A stretch of DNA of 64,000 nt, from assembly GCA_951406725.2 (NCBI GenBank), contig OX597820.1, positions 496,001 to 560,000 of the forward strand. The letters run 5' to 3'. The notes under the pieces were generated by a model. The model did not search any database. It had not been told where the DNA came from and saw only the letters and a list, made by a program, of their open reading frames with translations. The position numbers and the translations under genes are program-made. The stretch comes from Octopus vulgaris. Lineage: Eukaryota. Shown piece by piece: positions 51,373-63,280 of the stretch (positions within the stretch are counted from its first letter, which is position 1; every line of letters begins with the position of its first letter).

Positions 51373-51875
51373 CGTACATAGAAATATATGTATACACACA
51401 CATATATATATACACACATACATGCATACATTAATGTATACACATTAATATTCTGCCGAGGTTGAGGTTAATGTTATCGACTTCTCCTATACTCCAGAAC
51501 TGCTGACCTCATGCCAAATCTTGAAATCAATCTACACACATGAATATATACATATATACACTAATATATGCGCACCAAGATGTATCCATGATTTTTGGTA
51601 ATTTAAAACAAAAACGGAGACTGACCCTTTTGTAAAAGCCGGTAGTTGACGAAGTGGCAAACAAAGAAACGGACGCGTCTTACGATCCAACGATGTCGCT
51701 AACAGCCCGAAACCGATGCTGTTCTTTTTATACGAGTGAATTTGGCGAGTTTTCTCTGCGGACAATTCCTAGAGCAAAAGATCTTATTGCATTCGAACGC
51801 ATTAAACATGACTTTACACAAATGTATTTTATTGAATACAGTTTCGTGCAACGTTATCTGCCTGTCTGTCTGTCT

Positions 51876-52249
51876 GTGTGAACGACGGAGCCAGCTTGAG
51901 CATACTCCTATGGATCCCCCCCCCAAAAAAAAACGAACGGAAAAAAGAGAGCCACTTACTGTAATGTATTTTCTTTTTGCATGACCCTATTGCCCAAGGT
52001 TCCCGTGGTCTTTTCCGTAGGCTTTTCTATCCACGGATAAACCTAATCTGTTTTCCCTTTTTACATTGACATTTCTGTGATACACGATCCATATTGATCA
52101 ATCCCACCCTTTTTTTTCACGACCCCTTTTCATCGGAATTCGACCCACTTTCTTTTTCTTTTTTTTTTCCTTCTCTTTTTCCCAAAAAGAAGAGCTCTAC
52201 TTTGTATTTTATCCCTTCTGTGTTCAGCCCTGCATGGCCAATAAAGAAC
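51876..52249 (+). mobile_element. Tx1-type LINE 3' end
   Basis: Homologous to 40880-41255; preceded by (CTGT)n and followed by (CTAT)n at 52250-52467. Confidence 0.8.
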
Positions 52250-52347
<98 letters not shown>

Positions 52348-52348
52348 C

Positions 52349-52388
<40 letters not shown>

Positions 52389-52392
52389 CTCC

Positions 52393-52470
<78 letters not shown>

Positions 52471-52709
52471 TACTTGCTTCACTCATTAGATTGCGGCCAT
52501 GTGGGGCACCGTCTTGAAGAATTTTCAGTCGAATAAATCGATCTTAGCACTTCTTTTTAAGGTTGGTACTTAATCTAGCCGTCTCTTTTGTCGAACCAAT
52601 AAGTTACGGGGACGTAAGCATACCAACACCGGTTTGTCAAGCGGTGGCGGGGGACGAACACTGACACACACACACAACCCCACCCCACCCCACCCACCAC
52701 ACACACACA

Positions 52710-52777
<68 letters not shown>

Positions 52778-53565
52778 TACACATACGCACGACAGGTTTC
52801 TTTCAGTTTTCCTCTACCAAATCCACTCACAAGACATCGGTCCGCCCGAGGTTATAGTAGAAGACACTTACCCAAGGTGCTGCGCAATGGGACTGAACCC
52901 AGAACCATGTGGTTGGGAAACAAGTTTCTTACCACACGGCCACATAGAGAGATAGATAGATATATACGGGGTTTTGTGTTTAACTGATGTTAGTTTGTTT
53001 ACGTTCTCGTTAGCACTGGTGGTCGATTTAGTTCGACTCCACCCTTCGAGGCGTAACCGTAGCATGGTCACAGTCTAATGACAGACAAGTAAAAGATAAA
53101 GGATAAAACAAGAAAAAGAAAGAGACCCCGATGGGATGGTCATAGTTAGAGTTCCTTTCACTTTGATCGCCCGAGCTGCTCGATCAGGGTTAACCGGGAA
53201 TAAACAGAACAACAACAACAACAACGACAAATTGTGCCCCATGGCCTGACAGGACGAGCACACCGCTTCACAGAGAGTACGAAACCCTCGCAATGACGAC
53301 ACAATAACAAGGTCAGCCTCGACACCACCACCCTCATCCCCGCCATCTCCAATGTCAACACCACCACTACCACCACCAGCACCACAATCACAACCAACAC
53401 CAACAACACCACCATCATTATCACCAGAACCACCACCACCACCATCACCAACGCCAGTACTATCACTACTACCGCCGCATCCACCATCACCACCACATCT
53501 ATAACCAATACCACCTTCAACACCCCCGCCACCACAACCACCATTTGCAGCAGTAGAAGCACCCC

Positions 53566-53603
<38 letters not shown>

Positions 53604-54872
53604 ATCCACTACACTTTTGGACTCTTACAGATACATGGCTCCATTTAACGTCCTACGCCTGTATTTTCTCAATTTCTGATTTCTAATTATGAGATCCAAA
53701 ATATCTAAACTTATAAATAAAAGCAAAAGCAAAAACAAAAATAAAAAATAAAATTATTGTTCATTTATCGTCTGCGTTCCACAGCTGACGTAAAAACCAA
53801 GACTCCAGATTTCAGTGTAAACATATCTTTCTATGAGGAGAGATACTGAGAGATAAAGCAGCTCTTTGCTTTTATTTTGTTCTTTCTGCATACATACGTA
53901 GCTTCATATATTTATATATATCGAGCAGCAGTGATGTTGATGGTGAAATACGAAGCTCATGGCAGATGTGCTTTATCAGAGGATGATGAAGCAAACTGAA
54001 AGAACAGGATGAGAATATGCTCGTAGAAAATGGCGGAAATATTTCATTTCTGATTTTTAATCAAGATTGGTGGCTAGCATCCTTTGCTTACCATCATTTT
54101 CTGGATGAGTGGGTTGATATTTTTACTTTTTATGGTGTTGATATTTTGTAATAAACAAAGGCAGTGACCTGGCAGATTTGTGAGCACGACGAGCTAAGCG
54201 CTTAGCGACATTTACGTCAGTTTTATACGTTCTAAGTTCAAATTGCGCCGAGGTCGACTTTGCCTTCATCCTTTCGGGATCGATAAAATAAGTACCAGTC
54301 AAGTACTGGAGTTGATGTAATCAGCTATTCCCCTACCCCCAAATTTCAGGCCTTGTGTCCGGAATAGATAGAATCGTTAGCAAGACGGACAAAATACTTT
54401 TAGCAGCATCTCTTCTATTTATTTACGTTCGGAGTTGAAAGTTCGTCGAGGTCGACTTTGCCTTTCATCTTTTCGAGATCGATAAAATGCGTACCAGTTA
54501 CGCATTGTAATCGACTCAGCCTTCCCTTAAAATTGCTATTTTGTGCCAAAATCTGAAACCAGTGTTTTACAACAAACAAAACAACACAAAAAGTAATTAA
54601 AAAAAAATTTTCTCGATCCTTCGGACACACAAGGCCGGTGTCCATGCCGTATAAGTGACCAAGATCACAAACCTCCACCTGAGCGGGACACCGGTCTGTG
54701 GCCGGGTACAAGTAAAAGATGAAAAGTAAAACCCAGAAAAAGACACTTGTTTCTGGGTTCAGTCCCGCTGCGTGGCACCCTGACCAAGTGTCTTCTACTA
54801 TAGCCCCAGGCTGACCAAAGCCTTGTGGGTGGATTTGGTTGACGGAAATTGAAAGAAGCCCTTCTTACACAC

Positions 54873-54942
<70 letters not shown>

Positions 54943-55301
54943 GCGTGTGTGTCTTTGTGCCTGTTTGCTCCAAACCAACACTTGAAAGTGTTGGTGTATT
55001 TACGTCCCCGTAACTTAGCGGTTCGGCAAAAGCGAACCGAAAGAATGAGTACCAGTCTATGAAAAAAGTACTGGAATCAATTCATTCGACTAAAAACTAT
55101 CCAAGGCAGGGCCCCAGCGTGGCCACAGTCTAATGACTGGAATAAATCAGATAAAAGACGCAATTACATACGTCTAGGCCACATGGTTCCGGGTTCAGTT
55201 CCACCGAGTGGTACCTTGGGCGAGTGTCTTCTACTATAGCATTGAGCTAACCAAAGCCTTGTGAGTGTATTTGATAGCTGGAAAGTGAAAGAAGTCCGTC
55301 G

Positions 55302-55359
<58 letters not shown>

Positions 55360-55872
55360 TCCTTCCACCATCGCTTCACAACCGATGTTGGCGTGTTTAC
55401 GTCGCCGTAACTTATTGGTTTCGCAAAAGAGACCGATAGAATAAGAACTAAGCTTACTTAGAATAAGTCCTGGGGTCGATTTGTTCGACCAAAAGCGGTG
55501 CTCCGGCATGGCCGCAGTCAAATGCCTGAAACAAGTACAGAGGAAAAGCGCAAAAGAGTATGTATGATTGCGTATACGTACATTTACATGCCAGCGTGTA
55601 TAGAAATCTGTATGTTTTGACATAAGAATGCATATACAGTACACAATACATATGTTTGTATGTCTATACACGTGTTATATACACGTTCTGGAGGTTAAAC
55701 TTCTGTAATATTATACAAATTTTTACAGTTTCATTAAAGACTTCGTAATTACAGTTTTCTAACTTGTATCCATTTTGGTAATGTAAAGATCAGCAGCAGC
55801 AGTTCCAGATTGGGGCGGAGGCAGTTTAATTAGATAATCAGGTGCCCACTAATCACGCCCTACATGTGTGCG

Positions 55873-55905
55873 TGTGTGTATTTGAGGTGTATATTCACGC
55901 CTACA

Positions 55906-55949
<44 letters not shown>

Positions 55950-55982
55950 TGTAGGCGTGAATATACACCTCAAATACACACA
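55873..55982. repeat. Perfect 110-bp palindrome centred on (AT)19
   Basis: 36-bp arm TGTGTGTATTTGAGGTGTATATTCACGCCTACACGC, then (AT)n, then its exact reverse complement. Confidence 0.92.
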
Positions 55983-56006
55983 TGTATGTATATACGTACA
56001 TATTCG

Positions 56007-56059
<53 letters not shown>

Positions 56060-56561
56060 CACACACATACATATGCATACACGCCTACATGCACGAGCAC
56101 ACGCATGCACGCATGCGTAACCCCTTCACATGAACACAAGCCCATTAGACAGATACATAAAGAGAAAGTGAGAGAGAGAGGAGAGAGAGAGGAGAGAGAG
56201 AGAGAGGAGAGACAGATAGAGAGAGCGCGTGTGTGCGTATGTGTTGCTCTTTAGATTTGAAAATAGCATTAGGTTAGTTATTTATGTCAGGTGAGATTAC
56301 AGTTCTGTCGAAATAGAGCAAACGCTGATGACGATGATGGAGCAGCGTTCCTAATCTACCACTCGCATCATTGCCACCTCGCCCGACATCCCAACACTCC
56401 ACTCTCCTACCCACCCGTTCACCGACTTACCCAGCTCTTTCACACACCCCTTTATATATATATACACATTCACCCCTCTCTCTCTCTCTATCACACACAC
56501 TTAAAATCTGTCTATCTCCTACCCATATGTGTACCTGTATGCCTCTTCAGCCATCGGCGGA

Positions 56562-57475
56562 CCTACCAACCTACCAACCTACCCACCTACCTACCTACCT
56601 ACCTACCTACCTACCTACCTACCTACCTACCCACCTACCAACCTACCATCCTACCCACCTACCTACCTACCAACCTACCTACCTACTACCACCTACCTAC
56701 CCACCTACCAACCTACCAACCTACCTACCTACCCACCTACCTACCTACCTACCTACCTACACACCTACCTACCTACCTACCCACCTTTCTACCTACCCTC
56801 CTACCTACCTACCTACCTACCTACCTACTACCCACCTACCTACCTACCTACCTACCTACCTACCTACCCACCCTCCTACCTACCTACCTACCTACCTACC
56901 TACCTACCTACCTACCTACCTACCTACCCACCTACCTACCCACCTTTCTACCTACCCTCCTACCTACCTACCTACCTACCTACCTACCTACCTACCCACC
57001 TACCTACCTACCTACCTACCTACCTACCTACCTACCTACCTACCTACCTACCTACCTACCTACCTACCCACCTACCTACCTACGTACCTACCTACCTACA
57101 TACCTACCTACCTACCTACCTACCCACCTACCTACCTACCTACCTACCTTCCTACTTACCTACCTACCTACCTACCTACCCACCTACCTACCTACCCACC
57201 TACCTACCTACCTACCCACCTACCTACCTACCTACCTACCTACCTACCTACCCACCTACCCACCTACCTACCTACCTACCCACCCACCTACCTACCTACC
57301 TACCTACCTACCTACCCACCTACCTACCTACCTACCTACCTACCTACTTACCTACCTACCTACCTACTTACCTACCTACCTACCTACCTACCTACCTACC
57401 TACCTACCTACCTACCTACCTACCCACCTACCTACCTACCTACCTACCTACCCACCTACCTACCTACTTACCTAC
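56562..57475. repeat. About 0.9-kb (CCTA)n tetranucleotide array
   Basis: Direct reading; CCCA/CCAA/CTTA variants interspersed. Confidence 0.97.
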
Positions 57476-57903
57476 GTATGTATCTATCTATCTGCATATG
57501 TATATATGCATTCTTGTATTATTTTCCTTGTTTCATTCATTTGACAGCGGCCATGCCTGAGCACCTTCTTTAGTCGAACAAATCGACCTCTGGACTTATT
57601 CTTTGTAAGACTAGTACTTATTTTATCGGAACCTTTTACCCAACCGCTAAGTTACGGGGACGTAAACACACAAATATCGGTTGTCAAGCGATGATGGGGG
57701 GTGACAGACGCACAAACATACGCGCACACACACACACACATATATACGACGAGTTTCTTTCAGTTTCTATCTACCAAATCCACTCACAAGGCTTTGGTCC
57801 GCCTGAGTAGAAGACACTTGCCCAAGGTGCCACGCAGTGGGACTAAACCCGGAACCATTTGGTTGGTAAGCAAGCTACTTACCACACAACCACATCATAT
57901 ATA

Positions 57904-57936
<33 letters not shown>

Positions 57937-58051
57937 GACATATATAACATAAATATAAATATAAATATATATATATACATACACACGTATATGTGTGTGT
58001 GTGTGTGTGTGAGTGCTTGTGTGTGTGTGTGCTTGTGTGTCTGTGTATGCG

Positions 58052-58400
58052 CTGTTCCAAAGGTCCCACCCATACCATATAGAGTGATGACCAGACACTG
58101 CAATAGCTTGGAATTCAAAGACCCCCCACCCCCACAGCTATTTAACATCTTTCCGAACAAATTTGAGAGATCTTCATGAAGCGGGGGTAAATATTTGCCA
58201 GAAACAACTTGACATCCTGCTGTCCAAGATTCTAGTTGAACCTACATCACGGCAAATAACTCAAAGGAGGGCAGCAATATCGAATTTCCACCTTCACCCC
58301 ACCACAAATAATTTCAAACTAATGGCCAATGAGAAAATGACAATATTATTGTCGGTGCTCCACTATGGCCAAAAACCCTTTGGCTGAAACGCATAAAATA
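58052..58400 (+). mobile_element. Decayed CR1-group 3' end
   Basis: VPKVP..CNSLEFK..PQLFNIFP, similar to 37065-37300. Confidence 0.7.
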
Positions 58401-58424
58401 AATAAAAGAAAAAAACCTCATCCC

Positions 58425-58489
<65 letters not shown>

Positions 58490-59062
58490 CACTAGAGGAG
58501 TCCAGTGTAATCGATGGGCAGAAGAGGTGCAGCTGAAGTGTAACGAGAGTAGAAAGTCCAGGTAAGGAATCGGTGATGAGAGGAGACGTAGATACAAATG
58601 CGAGTGTATGTGGTTACGCATGTGTGTTTAGCCCCGAAACGCTCTGAAATGGTGTGCAATTGAGAAAAACGAAAGATTTTCGAAATATGTACTCACTTTT
58701 TTGTACTTTCTGCTTTTTCCTTTTGTCCTTTCTTCCTACTCTGGTTATTCTTACTCTGTTTTCTCTAATCCGCACCTGTTATCTTGCCTCTCTCTCCCTC
58801 CCTTCCTTTTCCCCATTCATCTTCTTTTCTCCCCTTCTGCGGTCCGTGCGTATCACTTAGGCTTACGAGAAAGGGATGACCTCCCTTTGCAATTACCATA
58901 AGGACACAGATAGTGTGCCTAAAGCCAGCAGGAGACTATGATCTCCTGATGCTAAAAGCTACAGTAACACCCACCCTTTGTGGTTAGCCATCTTAATATG
59001 GCTATTATACTTTACATTGTTGAGCGATTACTGTTTACATCTCGTTCAGAGATTTATTATTG

Positions 59063-59103
<41 letters not shown>

Positions 59104-59186
59104 TGTTTCAAAATGTGACCGCGTGTGTACCGTTGTCGATTCTTTTTCCCTCCGTCTTCCCTTCTTTGGATCTTTCCTTTTCCTAT

Positions 59187-59221
59187 GTTTCTGACGAAGA
59201 GCTCCGCTCGAAACGTTAAAC
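59187..59221 (+). ncRNA. Minimal type I hammerhead motif
   Basis: GUUU CUGACGA A GAGC-UCC-GCUC GAAA CG UU AAAC; palindromic AACGUU stem III. Confidence 0.72.
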
Positions 59222-59310
59222 CGTCCTTCTTTCCTGAGCGTCCAGTAATACTATACTTGTTCCACGTCCTCGCGTTGTTGTGTTTTCTCTTTGTGTTTTC
59301 ATGTTTGGAT

Positions 59311-59378
<68 letters not shown>

Positions 59379-59379
59379 C

Positions 59380-59456
<77 letters not shown>

Positions 59457-59457
59457 C

Positions 59458-59510
<53 letters not shown>

Positions 59511-59667
59511 CATATGTATATATATATACATACATACATAGGCGCAGGAATGGCTGTGTGGTAAGTAGCTTGCTTACCAACCACATGGTTCCGGGTTCAG
59601 TCCCACTGCGTGGCATCTTGGGCAAGTGTCTTCTGCTATATATACATATATATACATACATATATAT

Positions 59668-59700
<33 letters not shown>

Positions 59701-59879
59701 CATACATACATATATATACATACATATGTATACATACATATATATATACATACATACGCATACATACATATATATATATATATATATACATACATATATA
59801 TATGCATATATATACATACATATACATACATACATATATATACATATACATACATATTTTTTATTTTTTTATTTATGTT

Positions 59880-60360
59880 ATTTAGTTTCAGCTCACAAGC
59901 TGTGGCCATGCTGGGGCACCGCCATTTGGTGTTGCTACATGATTTTACTTCACGAATGCTTTTTAGCAAATGCCATCTGGTGCATGAGAGAGTTCGATGC
60001 AGCTGCCCTCATCTGCACCTCCTGCCGTGAAGTTGGTTCATCTGGGATACCTGACAGGAAGAGATCCAGTTTTATTTTAAAGACATCTGCATCCACCCCA
60101 TGCAGGTCTCTTAGGTTCTTCGGGAGGATATAGAAGAGCTGTGGGCCTCGGAAGCCCAGGCCATCACAGTATCTTGTCCTACATCTTGATGCCAAATTTG
60201 GAGTCCTTGGCACTATGCAGTGGCGCCCAGTTCTCGCATTTGTGTAACTCTCGATGCCAAAGTTTGGGATAAGTCCTTCTAGGCTCTTACAGATGTATAT
60301 TATGGCATATCTTTCTCGCCTACGCTCTAAGAAATAGAGTCTCAATCTCTTGAGTCTTTC

Positions 60361-60363
<3 letters not shown>
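59880..60363 (-). mobile_element. CR1-group LINE 3' fragment
   Basis: WERLKRLRLY..ERRRERYAII...[16 protein letters not shown], near-identical to 36916-37380; TA runs on both sides. Confidence 0.9.
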
Positions 60364-60440
<77 letters not shown>

Positions 60441-60688
60441 TATTTGAGGGAATAAAATCCAAACTTACAAGGAAAAAGAATTCAATTTAGAAATACTAAA
60501 TCAAATTCCACACAATATAATATATATAAAATATTAGAAAAAAACACCTTTTATCAATTCAAAATGAATAATTAAATTACACCATCTAGAAAATTACATA
60601 TAATAGAAAAGTTAAAATTAAAATAACAATTAAAAAGTAAAGATTAAGTAAATTACAAATTTAATATAATGCATACAATAGGTAGAAA

Positions 60689-60779
60689 AACGACACGTGT
60701 TTCGCTGCTATATTTAAGAAATGATTATAGTAGTAGAGAAATCACTTGCATATAAATAAATATAGTCGCTCATCAGGTT
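60689..60779 (-). ncRNA. Type I hammerhead motif with long stem II
   Basis: AAC CUGAUGA GCGACUAUAUUUA...UAAAUAUAGCAGC GAAA CACGUG UC GUU; canonical core and GUC triplet; stem I is only 3 bp. Confidence 0.75.
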
Positions 60780-60830
60780 AAAAATATAATAGAACAGTAA
60801 AATAATTAATTAATAAATATACTTTAATAT

Positions 60831-60892
<62 letters not shown>

Positions 60893-60896
<4 letters not shown>

Positions 60897-61830
60897 GCCC
60901 TCTCAGATATGCCCTCAAATGTCCGGATAGCCACTCTGGCCACCTATGCAGACGATACGAAAGTCTCGCAGTAAATACAGAACCCCGCGATGTTGCACAC
61001 CTGCAGCAGGAGTTGGACTCAATCTACAGATGGGCTGAGGATAATAATATGCAGTTTAATGCTGAAAAATTCCAGGCCCTGCGCTACCAGTATCCAAAAC
61101 TGAATATTAAACTTACAGGATACACCGGTCCACAGGGAATTTCAATCCCAGAGCCTAAGTCTGTGAGGGACCTGGGTATCGACATGAGTGATGATACCTC
61201 TTTCCAAGTGCACATTACCTGGATGGCGACAAAGTGCAAACGACTGGCTGGCTGGATCCTAAGAACATTCAGAACCAGAGATAAGGAAACCATGATGGTC
61301 CTCTGGCGGACATTCGTCCTCAGTCGCCTGGATTACTGCTTACAGCTATGGTCATCCACCAGTGTAAAATTAACAGCGGACCTTGAAGCAATCCAGAGAA
61401 GATTCACAAAGAAGATCGTCTCTTTGCAACAGCTCAGCTACTGATAAAGGTTGAAACAGCTAAGACTCTACTCCCTGGAGAGAAGACGGGAGAGGTATGC
61501 AGTAATATATGTCTGGAAGATCCTGGAAGGAATTGTGCCAAATTTTGGCATTGTAAGCTACACCAATGCTAGAACGGGACGACACTGCATAGTGCCAAAG
61601 ATCCCAGCAATGCCATCACGCTTCAGGACCAGCTTCTGCAACAGCCTGGGTTTCAAGGGCCCACAGCTTTTTAATATTCTCCCAAAGAGTCTGAGGAACT
61701 TGCACAAAGTAGATGTAGCGGTTTTTAAATCAAAGCTGGACATCTTCCTGTCAAGAGTCCCAGATGAACCTACATCATGGCAAGAGGTGCAAATGAGAGT
61801 AGCTGCATCAAACTTCAATCTAGTATTACA
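60893..61830 (+). mobile_element. CR1-group LINE RT 3' fragment (diverged subfamily)
   Basis: ALSDMPS..TYADDTK, MQFNAEKF, VRDLG, LYSLERRRERY; starts at (TA)n. Confidence 0.9.
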
Positions 61831-61855
61831 AATACATAATCCACCTATATATCAA

Positions 61856-62944
61856 TAATTGTCCTGTACTCCATTTTTTGTTGTTTTTAAAAAAATGTCC
61901 AGTTCCTTTGGTTTGTGTCTATGTTTTCGTTTCTCTTTGTGTTCGACGTCCGTTTGGTGTCCTGTACTCATATATGCGTGTATATGTACATGTAGAGGTA
62001 GGTACGTACATATATGTTTATATATATGCATATGTTTTATTTCATTTATTAATATATTATATGACTAAACGCACGCACCCTCTTAAGTAAGATTGTTCTG
62101 TATATCAAGTTTTTGTCTTGATATTAACTCTCACGCGCACTCTTCACCTTTCTGTCCCATCCCTATTCTTTGATTTTCTTTTTCCCCCTCTTAACTTGTC
62201 TCTTCCTCTCTCTCTCATTCTTCACTCTCTCTCTCTCCCTCACAATTCTTCATGGTCTCCTCGCAGCCTTTCCCCTTCTTCTCTCCCTTCCTCTTGCTCC
62301 TCCTCCCCCTTCCCGTCGTCCACCCGCGACGATACTTCCGCCCTGACTGTCGTTTTGGCCTGGCCTTCAAGGTAACTGGACGACATTCTTCCTGCTCTCC
62401 TGTCGTTCACAAAAAAGTCTGCGTTTGCAATACTTTTTTCGTTCGGCGCCAACAGCCCTTCTTATCTTGTTTTTCCCTGTCCTGTCTTTTACTGTTATAT
62501 TTTTTTACTGTTTATATTTTTTTACTGTTTATTTTTTTACTGTTTATATTTTTGTACTGTCGTTACTGTCCTGTTTTTTTTACAATTTTTTTACCATTTT
62601 TTACCCCTCTGCGAAAAGATCTCAGAATTTTAATTGATTTGCTTTTCGCAGGAAGGAAAGTTTCTTGTCGAAGATACGTCTCGCTTTTATCCTTCAAAAC
62701 GTAGAGTAGATGAAACCTTAGCGACTGAAGAAGGGTTTTTTTCGTTGTGTTAATTGTCCTGTACTCCATTTTTTGTTGTTTTTAAAAAAATGTCCAGTTC
62801 CTTTGGTTTGTGTCTATGTTTTCGTTTCTCTTTGTGTTCGACGTCCGTTTGGTGTCCTGTACTCATATATGCGTGTATATGTACATGTAGAGGTAGGTAC
62901 GTACATATATGTTTATATATATGCATATGTTTTATTTCATTTAT

Positions 62945-62946
<2 letters not shown>
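61856..62946. repeat. Partial tandem duplication: about 195-bp direct repeats spaced about 895 bp apart
   Basis: 61856-62050 and 62751-62946 read as identical. Confidence 0.9.
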
Positions 62947-63006
<60 letters not shown>

Positions 63007-63107
63007 TTAATTTTTCACCATGTGTAACTCGTAAACACCAGTCGTTTTTTTCTCTATCTCCTGTTGCCCGCTTTGGGATCTTTCTTTCCTCTCTCTTCCT
63101 TCTTTAT

Positions 63108-63142
63108 GTTTCCGACGAAGAGCTCCGCTCGAAACGTCATAC
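63108..63142 (+). ncRNA. Degenerate hammerhead motif, same family as 59187
   Basis: GUUU CCGACGA A GAGC-UCC-GCUC GAAA CG UC AUAC; U4 changed to C. Confidence 0.55.
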
Positions 63143-63231
63143 CTTCCTGCTTCCATTTCCTGAGCGCCTATTAATAATAATACTGTAATTGTTCCATTGT
63201 TGTTATTTTTTTGTTTTCCCGTTTGGATTAA

Positions 63232-63280
<49 letters not shown>

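Noticed and set aside
53158-53601. Val-rich or Pro/Thr-rich ORF resembling a membrane protein or mucin
   Set aside because: A degenerate (CCA/ACC)n and (GCC)n repeat with no convincing splice sites or domain.
56562-57475. Interstitial telomeric repeat
   Set aside because: The unit is CCTA, not CCCTAA or CCTAA.
58570-58648. Hammerhead-like GTGATGAGAGG...CCCCGAAACGCTC
   Set aside because: C3 is missing and stems I-III do not pair convincingly; at best a decayed copy.
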